Positions 1-5,603 of a DNA stretch of 9,419 nt are shown here, piece by piece. A model generated the notes under the pieces. It had not been told where the DNA came from and did not search any database. It saw only the letters and a program-made list of their open reading frames with translations. The position numbers were made by a program, and so were the translations under genes. Positions within the stretch are counted from its first letter, which is position 1. Every line of letters starts with the position of its first letter. The stretch covers positions 77,495 to 86,913 of the forward strand of contig NZ_SNUY01000010.1 of the NCBI RefSeq assembly GCF_004376175.1, written 5' to 3'. The stretch comes from Halalkalibacterium halodurans (GTDB lineage Bacteria; Bacillota; Bacilli; Bacillales; Bacillaceae_D).

Positions 1-527
1 TTTCATCCTCCCACCATTAGTTGATTAGACACCAATAACGGTAGGGTATTTTGAGAGGGCTGGCAAGCCTTTTCTATTTGTGCAACCTTCTAACATTTTG
101 GTTGCAATACTCTTAACTTTTATTTTGCACTAAACAACTCCAATAACACTAGAAAGAAGTATATGCAGCTTTCTAAGGAGGAATTAGTTAAACGTTTGAT
201 TGAAGTAGAACAATATGTTGCAGAGAATCAACAACGTTGGGTTAGTAATCAATTCGAAAGGTTTAAATAAAAAAAGAGGGCTGTATTATTGCCCCCCAAA
301 AAAGTTAGAGTAAAAACTAATTTTTGGTGTGATTTTTTTATGACAAAATATAGTGAAGAGTTAAATGCATCGAAATTCAGGTTCTACTTATTCAGCAATC
401 GGGCCAGATTGTGGAGTAATTATATTACGTAGTAGACACATACTGCGCAACAAATAATTTCGTTTGAAGACCCGTTTGATTATGAGCATATAGTGAGCCT
501 TATCGAAAAGGAATTGGAGTCTAACTA

Positions 528-674
528 ATGGAAAAGGGAATTAGTATACAAAATCTTATGTTATATGTAGCCTGGCTGGTTGCAGTGGTGGCAACGTTAG
601 GTAGTTTGTATTTTAGTGAAATTCGCTTATTTGTTCCCTGTGAGCTTTGCTGGTATCAGAGGATTGTAATGTAC
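528..674 (+). pseudogene. bdbC: Disulfide bond formation protein BdbC/DsbB family, N-terminal fragment (codons 1-49), truncated by IS3-family insertion
   Basis: GGAG at 516-519 lies 8 nt before ATG 528. The translation [49 protein letters not shown] matches my recollection of the B. subtilis BdbC N-terminus (..[27 protein letters not shown]..), including the CxxC active site. After codon 49 the reading frame runs into the IS terminal repeat, so the 62-aa track ORF 528-716 is a chimera. Confidence 0.85.
671..674. repeat. Target-site duplication GTAC (left copy) of the IS3-family element
   Basis: GTAC lies immediately outside the TGG terminus at 675. An identical GTAC lies at 1913-1916, immediately outside the CCA terminus at 1912. 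The true duplication could be 3 bp (TAC) with a fortuitous G. Confidence 0.7.
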
Positions 675-692
675 TGGTATGTCAACACTAAA

Positions 693-1511
693 TCAAACAA
701 TTTTTTTAAGGGCTAAGTTTCGATAACTTACCGGACTTTGATACCCAAGGGCACTGTGCGAACGAATGTTATTGTACCAATTGATATAATCAAAAAGTTC
801 AAGTTCCAGGTGGTAAAAGGAATGGAAATGCTCTCCATTGATTAGTTCCGTTTTCAAAATCTTAAATGTCGCTTCTGCCACCGCATTATCATAAGGGTTT
901 CCTTTATGGCTCAATGAGCGTCCAATCTCATATTCACTTAATCATTCATCAATGGCCACGTTTTTAAACTCAGATCCGCGGTCTGTATGAAAGAGTTTCA
1001 CATTCTCTAGTGGCCGATTAACCGATGCGAAAGCACGCTGAACTAAAGCTGCGTCTTTGCGTTGTCCAACGCTGTAACCAACTATTTCTCTATTGTATAA
1101 ATCGATTAAAAAACAGACGTAGTTCCAATGTTGTCCTACTTTGACATACGTTAGATCACTAACCAATACAGACATCTCTTCATCTACTTGAAATTCCCGA
1201 TCTAACACATTTGGAACGGATTCTTCATTTGGACGAGAGCTCACTGGTTTGTAGGACGGTTGTGCATACTTTGATTGAATTCCAAGCTCCTCCATTAATC
1301 TACCTATGCGACGTCTGGAAACCTTGTGACCCGCTTTTAAAAGGTCTCCTTTTATTTTGCGAGTTCCATATACTTTACGGTTTTCGTTAAAGATCTTTCG
1401 TATTTTCTCTTTTAATTCTTGTTCTTCTTTAGCCTTTTCTTTTTCTTTTTGAGCAGCTATTTCTGTTTCATAATAAAAGGTACTTCGAGCTATTTGTAGG
1501 ACTTCGCACAT
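693..1511 (-). pseudogene. IS3-family transposase OrfB (DDE/rve catalytic domain) interrupted by an in-frame TGA at 942-944
   Basis: Track ORFs 942-1511 and 693-914 are in the same frame, separated only by a TGA (reverse complement of 942-944): ...FHTDRGSEFKNVAIDE*LSEYEIGRSLSHKGNPYDNAVAEATF.... The first D (SDLTYV) and second D (HTDRGSEF) lie upstream of the stop. The catalytic E (YDNAVAE) lies downstream. The frame is also open upstream of the listed Met (..YFKASCADHGTKIEVIEKNLHLYSVSA-MCEV..), back into the orfA overlap, as expected for an OrfAB fusion. Confidence 0.85.
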
Positions 1512-1552
1512 TGCTGATACCGAATAAAGGTGCAGATTTTTTTCAATTACCT

Positions 1553-1834
1553 CTATTTTCGTCCCATGATCAGCGCAGCTTGCTTTAAAATATCGACCTC
1601 CATTTCTAGCTGTTTATTTCTTTTTCTTAATTCAATCAATTCTTGTTCTTCTGGGCTTCGATTGTCTTTTTCTTTAAACGAACCATACTGTTGAAACTGA
1701 GTAATCCATCTGTCTAATGCAGAAGCAGTTAATTCATATTCACGGACAATATCTTGACGGCTTTTTCCACCTTCATATAAAGCAACCACTTGCTTCTTAA
1801 ATTCTGTGGAAAACGTTCTTCTTTTTTTGGACAT
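1553..1834 (-). CDS. IS3-family transposase OrfA (HTH DNA-binding plus leucine-zipper-like C-terminus)
   Basis: The 93-aa product MSKKRRTFSTEFKKQVVALYEGGKSRQDIVREYELTASALDRWI... is a typical IS3 OrfA HTH, followed by a heptad-like ELIELRKRNKQLEMEVDILKQA. AAGGAG sits 10 nt upstream of the ATG (reverse complement of about 1845-1850). Confidence 0.9.
   Translation of the reverse strand: MSKKRRTFSTEFKKQVVALYEGGKSRQDIVREYELTASALDRWITQFQQYGSFKEKDNRSPEEQELIELRKRNKQLEMEVDILKQAALIMGRK
1583..1589 (-). promoter_or_regulatory. Candidate programmed -1 ribosomal frameshift heptamer U UUA AAG joining orfA to orfB
   Basis: The - strand reads GAT ATT TTA AAG CAA in the orfA frame, so T TTA AAG fits the X XXY YYZ pattern. 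The -1 frame (TTT AAA GCA AGC...) is the open orfB frame. The site lies 10 codons before the orfA stop, the usual IS3 arrangement. Confidence 0.55.
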
Positions 1835-1864
1835 AGTAGATTCGCTCCTTACTCGTTGTGTATT

Positions 1865-1894
1865 ATTCTACTAGCCCTTATTTTTATTGTCCAA
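1865..1894 (-). promoter_or_regulatory. Candidate sigma-A-type promoter inside the orfA-proximal terminal repeat of the IS3 element
   Basis: On the - strand: TTGGAC (1894-1889), an 18-nt spacer, then TAGAAT (1870-1865), located upstream of the orfA ribosome binding site and ATG. This is a hexamer match only. Confidence 0.3.
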
Positions 1895-1912
1895 CTAAGT
1901 GTAGCCTATCCA

Positions 1913-1916
1913 GTAC
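1913..1916. repeat. Target-site duplication GTAC (right copy) of the IS3-family element
   Basis: See 671-674. TAC (1914-1916) re-creates the Tyr49 codon of bdbC. Confidence 0.7.
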
Positions 1917-2084
1917 CCGTTGAGTGTATTACTGGGAATAGCGGCTTACTATAATGATTTAAAAATAAAACGATATGTGCTCCCACTCTCTATTATAGGT
2001 GGAGTCATTTCACTCTATCATTATCTTATTCAAAGGATACCATCATTTGGGCAAATAAAACCATGCGTTGAGGGAGTTCCTTGT
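1917..2084 (+). pseudogene. bdbC: BdbC/DsbB family protein, middle fragment (codons 50-105)
   Basis: In frame after the duplicated TAC: PLSVLLGIAAYYNDLKIKRYVLPLSIIGGVISLYHYLIQRIPSFGQIKPCVEGVPC. I recall B. subtilis BdbC as PLVLILGIATFQGDTRVKKYVLPMAIIGAFISIMHYLEQKVPGFSGIKPCVSGVPC. The fragment is exactly 56 codons with no stops and ends at the transposon junction. Confidence 0.85.
2079..2084. repeat. Target-site duplication (C)CTTGT, left copy, of the Mu/Tn7-like transposon
   Basis: CCTTGT lies immediately left of the TGTT terminus at 2085, and the same hexamer lies at 5333-5338 immediately right of the ...AACA terminus. The real duplication may be 5 bp (CTTGT), as in Mu/Tn7/Tn5053-type elements. 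Confidence 0.75.
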
Positions 2085-2137
2085 TGTTTAAGCTGATCTA
2101 AATATTCCGAAAGTTGATGCTAATGCCTGGCCGAAGG

Positions 2138-2166
2138 TTGACCGATATAATGACCAGAAGTATAAA
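2138..2166 (+). promoter_or_regulatory. Candidate sigma-A promoter in the transposon left end, driving the four-gene operon
   Basis: TTGACC (2138-2143), an exact 17-nt spacer, then TATAAA (2161-2166), about 35 nt upstream of the first ORF. The -35 hexamer overlaps one of the subterminal repeat copies (GGTTGACCGATATAA). Confidence 0.5.
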
Positions 2167-2199
2167 ATCTGGAGAAAGGAAAAGACGTCCCCCATAAAT

Positions 2200-2808
2200 G
2201 TGAAACTACGCCAACAGTTTCACAGGAGACGTCCACCCCAAAAAAGATTATGGTCATTATATCAAATTATTCCTTGGTTGAGAAGCAATCTGGCGTTTTT
2301 TGTTAGAAGTACGGAACGAATCCCCTGCCCTTGTTGTGGAGGAACACTTTCAGTGGCAGGAAGCCGGAAACGTGCATGGTATAAAAGCAGTGGCGAGCGC
2401 TCCAGGCTTGTGATTCGAAGGCTATATTGTGAGGCATGCGATAAGATTCATCATGAACTCCCTGATATTCTTGTGCCTTATAAAAGGTATGATGCGGAGA
2501 GTATAGAAGGTACCGTTTCTACACCACCACGTACAGAGGCAGCGGTGGATGAAGCAACCATCTTTCGATGGAAGAACTGGTTTCAGGTGTGGGTGGCGTA
2601 TGCCATCGGCTGCCTCCGGTCTATCGCGATACGTTTTGATCTGCCTGTGGAGGAATTGTCCGAATCTCCACAAACCGTACTTCACTCCCTGGGACAATAT
2701 GTAGGTATGGAGGAGGGATGGCTGAAGAGAGCTGTCCGTTCCATGACAAATTTAAATCTTTGGGTCACAGACCCGTTCCGCATTTCTGGCCGGACTGCTC
2801 TGGAGTAA
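2200..2808 (+). CDS. Cys4 zinc-ribbon protein of unknown function (DUF6431-like), first gene of the transposon
   Basis: The ORF is 202 aa and has the same elevated G+C as the following genes. It carries CPCCGG...(32 aa)...CEACDKIHHELPDILVPYKRY. From memory, the paired CxxC motifs followed by an LPD(F/I)LxPYKRY motif fit DUF6431 proteins that accompany transposases in Firmicutes. The start is uncertain: GTG at 2200 has only a distant GGAG, and there is no in-frame ATG before the zinc ribbon. Confidence 0.65.
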   Translation: MKLRQQFHRRRPPQKRLWSLYQIIPWLRSNLAFFVRSTERIPCPCCGGTLSVAGSRKRAWYKSSGERSRLVIRRLYCEACDKIHHELPDILVPYKRYDAESIEGTVSTPPRTEAAVDEATIFRWKNWFQVWVAYAIGCLRSIAIRFDLPVEELSESPQTVLHSLGQYVGMEEGWLKRAVRSMTNLNLWVTDPFRISGRTALE

Positions 2809-2823
2809 ACTCATGCTATACCA

Positions 2824-4197
2824 ATGAATGGGAGGCATGAGAAGATGAAAAGTCAACGGAAAGCGGAAGAAACAGCCGCGGAACGTATGCAGTTAATCTC
2901 CCCTCTTTTGGCGGAGGGGTTGGATGCTGGCAAAGCAAGGAAAATCAAGGCTGATATCTGTGAAAGAGCAGGTGTTTCGGAAAGGACCATCCGCCGGTAT
3001 CTTTCCCAGTACCGTAACGAAGGGTTCGAAGGCTTAAAGCCGAAGGAAAAAGGAAGAAAACCTGCCAGGACAGGGATCCCTCCTGCTTTACTGGAGGAGG
3101 CTATCCTTTTGAGGAGGGAGGTTCCGGGGCGGAGTGTCAGCCAGATCATTCAGATTCTTGAGTGGGAAGGAAAGGCAGAGCCGGGAGAATTAAAAAGGAG
3201 TACGCTCCAGGAAAAACTGGCTGAACGGGGCTACAGTTCCCGGCAAATGCGGATGTATACAAGCAGTGGAGTTGCCGCAAGAAGATTTCAAAGAAGGTAC
3301 CGGAACAGCCTTTGGCAGTCTGATATCAAGTATGGCCCCTTTCTACCGATTGGTCCCAACGGGACCAATAAGCAGGTATACCTAGTCTTGTTTATTGATG
3401 ACGCCACAAGATATGTTCTTCATGGTGAGTGGTATCCCACACTGGATCAGTCCATTGTCGAAGACTGCTTCCGTAAAGCGATACAAAAGGCGGGACTGCC
3501 TGAGGCCGTCTACTTTGATAACGGAAAACAGTACCGGACGAAGTGGATGGGGCGAACCTGTTCTAAACTGGGTATCCGTTTATTATACGCAAAGCCGTAC
3601 TCACCTGATTCGAAAGGGAAGGTGGAAAAGTTTAATAGGAACGTTCAGGCCTTTATGGATGAAGCAATGTTGGAAAAACCGAAAACATTGGATCAGTTTA
3701 ACCATCTCTTCCAGGCCTGGCTGAGTGAATGTTATCAGAATAAACCCCACTCTGCTTTGGACGCAGCCAGTCCTGAAGCTGCGTTCCGGTCCGATTCCAA
3801 AACGCTTCGTTTCCCTGAGGTGGATGTACTGGCCAATGCCTTTTTGCATTGCGAAGAAAGAAAAGTAGATAAAGCAGGCTGTATCAGCTTTATGGGCAAG
3901 AAATACGAAGTGGGTCTCTTGTTTATTGGCAGGAAGGTACAAGTGGTTTATGACCTGGCGGACATTTCAGAAGTAACCATTGAATATGAAGGGCATTCTC
4001 CGTGGAAAGCAAGAGAACTGGAGATCGGAGAGCGCGCAGGCAAAAGACCAGTTCTGCCGGATCACCTTCTGATCCAGGAAACAGACCACTCCCGATTACT
4101 ACAGGGAGCTGAACAAAAACTGGAAGAACGGAAACAGATTCAAGCCCCTGCCGTCTCCTACCGGAGAGTAAGGAAGGAGGAAAACGGCTATGTTTGA
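2824..4197 (+). CDS. DDE transposase, rve integrase core with Mu-transposase-type C-terminal domain (TniA/TnsB/MuA-like)
   Basis: N-terminal HTH: AGVSERTIRRYLSQYRNEGFEGLKPKEKGRKP. DDE triad candidates are WQSD, YFDNGKQY and SKGKVEKFNR. The C-terminus VDKAGCISFMGKKYEV..GRKVQVVYDLADISEV resembles the Mu transposase C-terminal beta-barrel. The likely true start is ATG 2845, which has GGGAGG at 2830-2835 and a 9-nt spacer, rather than 2824. Confidence 0.9.
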   Translation: MNGRHEKMKSQRKAEETAAERMQLISPLLAEGLDAGKARKIKADICERAGVSERTIRRYLSQYRNEGFEGLKPKEKGRKPARTGIPPALLEEAILLRREVPGRSVSQIIQILEWEGKAEPGELKRSTLQEKLAERGYSSRQMRMYTSSGVAARRFQRRYRNSLWQSDIKYGPFLPIGPNGTNKQVYLVLFIDDATRYVLHGEWYPTLDQSIVEDCFRKAIQKAGLPEAVYFDNGKQYRTKWMGRTCSKLGIRLLYAKPYSPDSKGKVEKFNRNVQAFMDEAMLEKPKTLDQFNHLFQAWLSECYQNKPHSALDAASPEAAFRSDSKTLRFPEVDVLANAFLHCEERKVDKAGCISFMGKKYEVGLLFIGRKVQVVYDLADISEVTIEYEGHSPWKARELEIGERAGKRPVLPDHLLIQETDHSRLLQGAEQKLEERKQIQAPAVSYRRVRKEENGYV

Positions 4198-4990
4198 AGC
4201 TTTTTATGAATTAACTCATACACCCTTTTCCCGGGCTATTCCAACGGAAGAGCTATATAATTCCTACCTGCTGGAAGAGACACTGGGCAGATTGGAATAC
4301 GCTGCGGAACGCCAGCTATTTGGAGTCGTTACAGGGGATTGCGGCACAGGAAAAACAACCACGATTCGTCGGTTTATGGATGGGCTGGATCCTTCCAAGT
4401 TCTCGCTTTTATATATTTCCGATTCGAAGCTGACGCCCAGGAACTTTTACAGAGGCGTTCTTGAACAGCTCGGCTGCGAATCTAAGTTTTATCGAGGAGA
4501 TGCGAAGAGGCAGCTCCACAAAGAGATTGAACTGATGCGTGGAATCCATGGTATTCAGCCGATTGTAGTAGTGGATGAAGCCCATTTACTGGACCGTGAA
4601 ATGCTTGAAGAGGTTCGGTTCTTATTGAATTTTAAAATGGATGCTCAAAGCCCGATGGCCCTTATACTGGTCGGCCAAAACGAACTTTGGGACCGCCTGA
4701 AGCTCCAGTCTTATTCGGCGATCCGCCAGCGAATTGACTTACAGTGCAAGCTGGTTCATTACGACCGTTCAGAGACAAAGGAATACATGAAGCGCCATCT
4801 GTCCTATTCCGGTGCGAAGCAGGAGATTTTTTCGGATGGGGCAGTAGATTGTATTTATAATTTTTCTAGTGGTTCCGCCCGGCTGATTAACAAAGTGTGT
4901 ACCCATAGTCTTTTATACGGGGCACAGAATAAGCGCAGGATTATCGATGATCATATGGTGAAACAGGTGATAGAAGGAGAACTATCTTGA
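4190..4990 (+). CDS. AAA+ ATPase, TniB/ExeA/MuB-like transposition helper
   Basis: Walker A is GDCGTGKTT and Walker B is IVVVDEAHLL. GGAGG at 4176-4180 lies 9 nt before the ATG. The ATG overlaps the transposase stop by 8 nt (ATGTTTGA), which suggests translational coupling. A position immediately downstream of the DDE transposase is typical of TniA-TniB and IstA-IstB pairs. Confidence 0.9.
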   Translation: MFEAFYELTHTPFSRAIPTEELYNSYLLEETLGRLEYAAERQLFGVVTGDCGTGKTTTIRRFMDGLDPSKFSLLYISDSKLTPRNFYRGVLEQLGCESKFYRGDAKRQLHKEIELMRGIHGIQPIVVVDEAHLLDREMLEEVRFLLNFKMDAQSPMALILVGQNELWDRLKLQSYSAIRQRIDLQCKLVHYDRSETKEYMKRHLSYSGAKQEIFSDGAVDCIYNFSSGSARLINKVCTHSLLYGAQNKRRIIDDHMVKQVIEGELS

Positions 4991-5220
4991 TGTGGGAATG
5001 TCGGTTTATCGCCTATTCTAAGCTTATGAAGTGTTGGCTTTTGGTAAAAGGGGAATATGGCCGCTTCCTGTATGAGGGAACCCGATTTTATATGCGTTTT
5101 GATGAAGGAGTCTTCCTTCCTTGTCAGCTCGAATTCGATAGACAGTGGTATGTGACCATCGGTGATGAGGGCATACGACTTAATTTGAGAAAGAACGAAG
5201 AATACCAAGTTTATATGTAA
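4987..5220 (+). CDS. Small (about 76 aa) protein of unknown function, DUF5348-like, last gene of the transposon
   Basis: The probable start, ATG 4990, overlaps the ATPase TGA stop (TGATG), with GAAGGAGA upstream (4973-4980). There is no TM segment or signal peptide. The beta-rich sequence GRFLYEGTRFYMRFDEGVFLPCQLEFDRQWYVTIGDEGIRLNL fits my recollection of DUF5348 proteins. The family name needs an HMM check. Confidence 0.6.
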   Translation: MMWECRFIAYSKLMKCWLLVKGEYGRFLYEGTRFYMRFDEGVFLPCQLEFDRQWYVTIGDEGIRLNLRKNEEYQVYM

Positions 5221-5225
5221 TTAAT

Positions 5226-5260
5226 AGGGAAGCGATGCACAACCAAGCTTCCCTTTCATT
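5226..5260 (+). terminator. Candidate intrinsic terminator after the transposon operon
   Basis: The stem AGGGAAGC (5226-5233) pairs with GCTTCCCT (5247-5254) around a 13-nt loop, followed by TTCATTT. It starts 6 nt after the stop at 5220. The U-tract is short and interrupted. Confidence 0.45.
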
Positions 5261-5332
5261 TGGACAAAATAGGGAGCAATATCGGGACAAAGTTTCCCGT
5301 CTTCCGCATGACTTTATATGGCGTCAGTAACA

Positions 5333-5338
5333 CCTTGT
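5333..5338. repeat. Target-site duplication (C)CTTGT, right copy
   Basis: See 2079-2084. Confidence 0.75.
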
Positions 5339-5449
5339 AATGTTCAGTATATAAATTGGCTAGGATTTATAACCATTCCTTTTTTATCTCTTACTGCATT
5401 TACCATTATTTCAGTTCTTTTGTTATTGATAAAAACGAATAAGAAGTAG
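5339..5449 (+). pseudogene. bdbC: BdbC/DsbB family protein, C-terminal fragment (codons 106-141 plus stop)
   Basis: NVQYINWLGFITIPFLSLTAFTIISVLLLLIKTNKK* follows the duplicated CCT TGT in frame. I recall B. subtilis BdbC as ..SGQYINWFGFITIPFLALIAFILIIILMCML... Confidence 0.85.
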
Positions 5450-5523
5450 AAAAGCTTATTCAATAGAAGGTTTATCAAGCTGAAAGAGATAGGAATTTTT
5501 TTAAGCGTCCCTTAAATTGCTCC

Positions 5524-5570
5524 AAACTAAAGAAACACACCCATAAGTTCAGGGTGTGTTCCTTTAGTTT
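5524..5570. terminator. Candidate bidirectional intrinsic terminator between convergent bdbC and ccdA
   Basis: A 19-bp stem pairs 5524-5542 with 5552-5570, with one mismatch (5533/5561) and a 9-nt loop. Both arms end in TTTAGTTT-type T-rich sequence. It lies 75 nt after the bdbC stop and 34 nt after the ccdA stop. Confidence 0.6.
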
Positions 5571-5603
5571 AGTAAGTTGTTACTAGCCTTATTGTATTTA
5601 GAC

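Larger units (their letters stand above)
675..1912 (-). mobile_element. IS3-family insertion sequence, 1238 bp, orfA/orfB organisation, transposase apparently inactivated
   Basis: The termini are TGG...CCA. The left end is TGGTATGTCAACACTAAATCAAACAATTTTTTTAAGGGCTAAG and the reverse complement of the right end is TGGATAGGCTACACTTAGTTGGACAATAAAAATAAGGGCTAG, giving an imperfect inverted repeat of about 40 bp. It is flanked by a GTAC direct repeat, contains orfA plus a -1 frame orfB with a DDE (rve) core, and interrupts bdbC precisely. Confidence 0.9.
2085..5332 (+). mobile_element. Cargo-less 3.25-kb transposon with a heteromeric MuA/TnsB/TniA-like transposase plus TniB-like AAA+ ATPase and two uncharacterised accessory genes
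   Basis: It starts TGTTTAAGCTGATC... and ends ...GGCGTCAGTAACA (TGT/ACA-type termini), flanked by the CCTTGT direct repeat. The bdbC reading frame resumes exactly after the right repeat. Subterminal repeats resemble each other: left end AAGCTGATCTA, AAGTTGATGCTA, GGTTGACCGATATAA; right end (reverse complement) ACTGACGCCATATAA, TTGTCCCGATATT, TTTGTCCAAAT. The four genes are co-oriented and overlapping or abutting. G+C is clearly above the flanks (45-50% versus about 35% in the lines I counted). Confidence 0.85.

Noticed and set aside
1-15. TTTCATCCTCCCACC read on the - strand as GGTGGGAGG-ATG, a possible start of a leftward gene leaving the window
   Set aside because: The Shine-Dalgarno sequence directly abuts the ATG with no spacer, and only two codons are visible, so this cannot be supported from the window.
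81-106. A 7-bp inverted repeat, TGCAACC...GGTTGCA, that could be an operator or small hairpin
   Set aside because: The stem is short and sits in an AT-rich intergenic region with no adjacent promoter or gene to regulate. It is compatible with chance.
163-270. A 35-codon ORF (MQLSKEELVKRLIEVEQYVAENQQRWVSNQFERFK) followed by a short GGGC/GCCC hairpin
   Set aside because: It has only a weak purine-rich ribosome binding site. The 4-bp stem has its T-run on the opposite strand, and I recognise no family. It is too short to call without comparative evidence, though it is worth a tBLASTN.
340-432. A 30-codon ORF starting MTKYSEEL..., reminiscent of the N-termini of some IS3-type OrfA proteins, raising the possibility of a fourth IS remnant
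   Set aside because: The similarity is limited to a few residues recalled from memory. I saw no inverted repeats or further transposase-like frame, and the ORF terminates quickly.
528-716. The 62-aa track ORF read as an intact small membrane protein
   Set aside because: Only the first 49 codons are BdbC-like. The last 13 ([13 protein letters not shown]) are read-through into the IS3 terminal inverted repeat, so the ORF is a truncation chimera.
2422-2697. A 91-aa - strand ORF inside the zinc-ribbon gene
   Set aside because: It is fully antisense to a better-supported CDS, has no ribosome binding site, and has a Cys/Arg/His-rich composition typical of antisense translation.
2853-3149. A 98-aa - strand ORF
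   Set aside because: It is antisense within the DDE transposase gene and I recognise no motifs in it.
3395-3942. Track ORFs 3395-3724 (+, 109 aa) and 3601-3942 (-, 113 aa)
   Set aside because: Both lie inside the transposase CDS, one in an alternative frame and one antisense. The transposase frame carries the DDE and Mu C-terminal motifs, so these are spurious.
4951-5208. An 85-aa - strand ORF opposite the DUF5348-like gene
   Set aside because: The + strand ORF has a ribosome binding site, a stop-start overlap with the ATPase and operon polarity. The antisense ORF has no start context.
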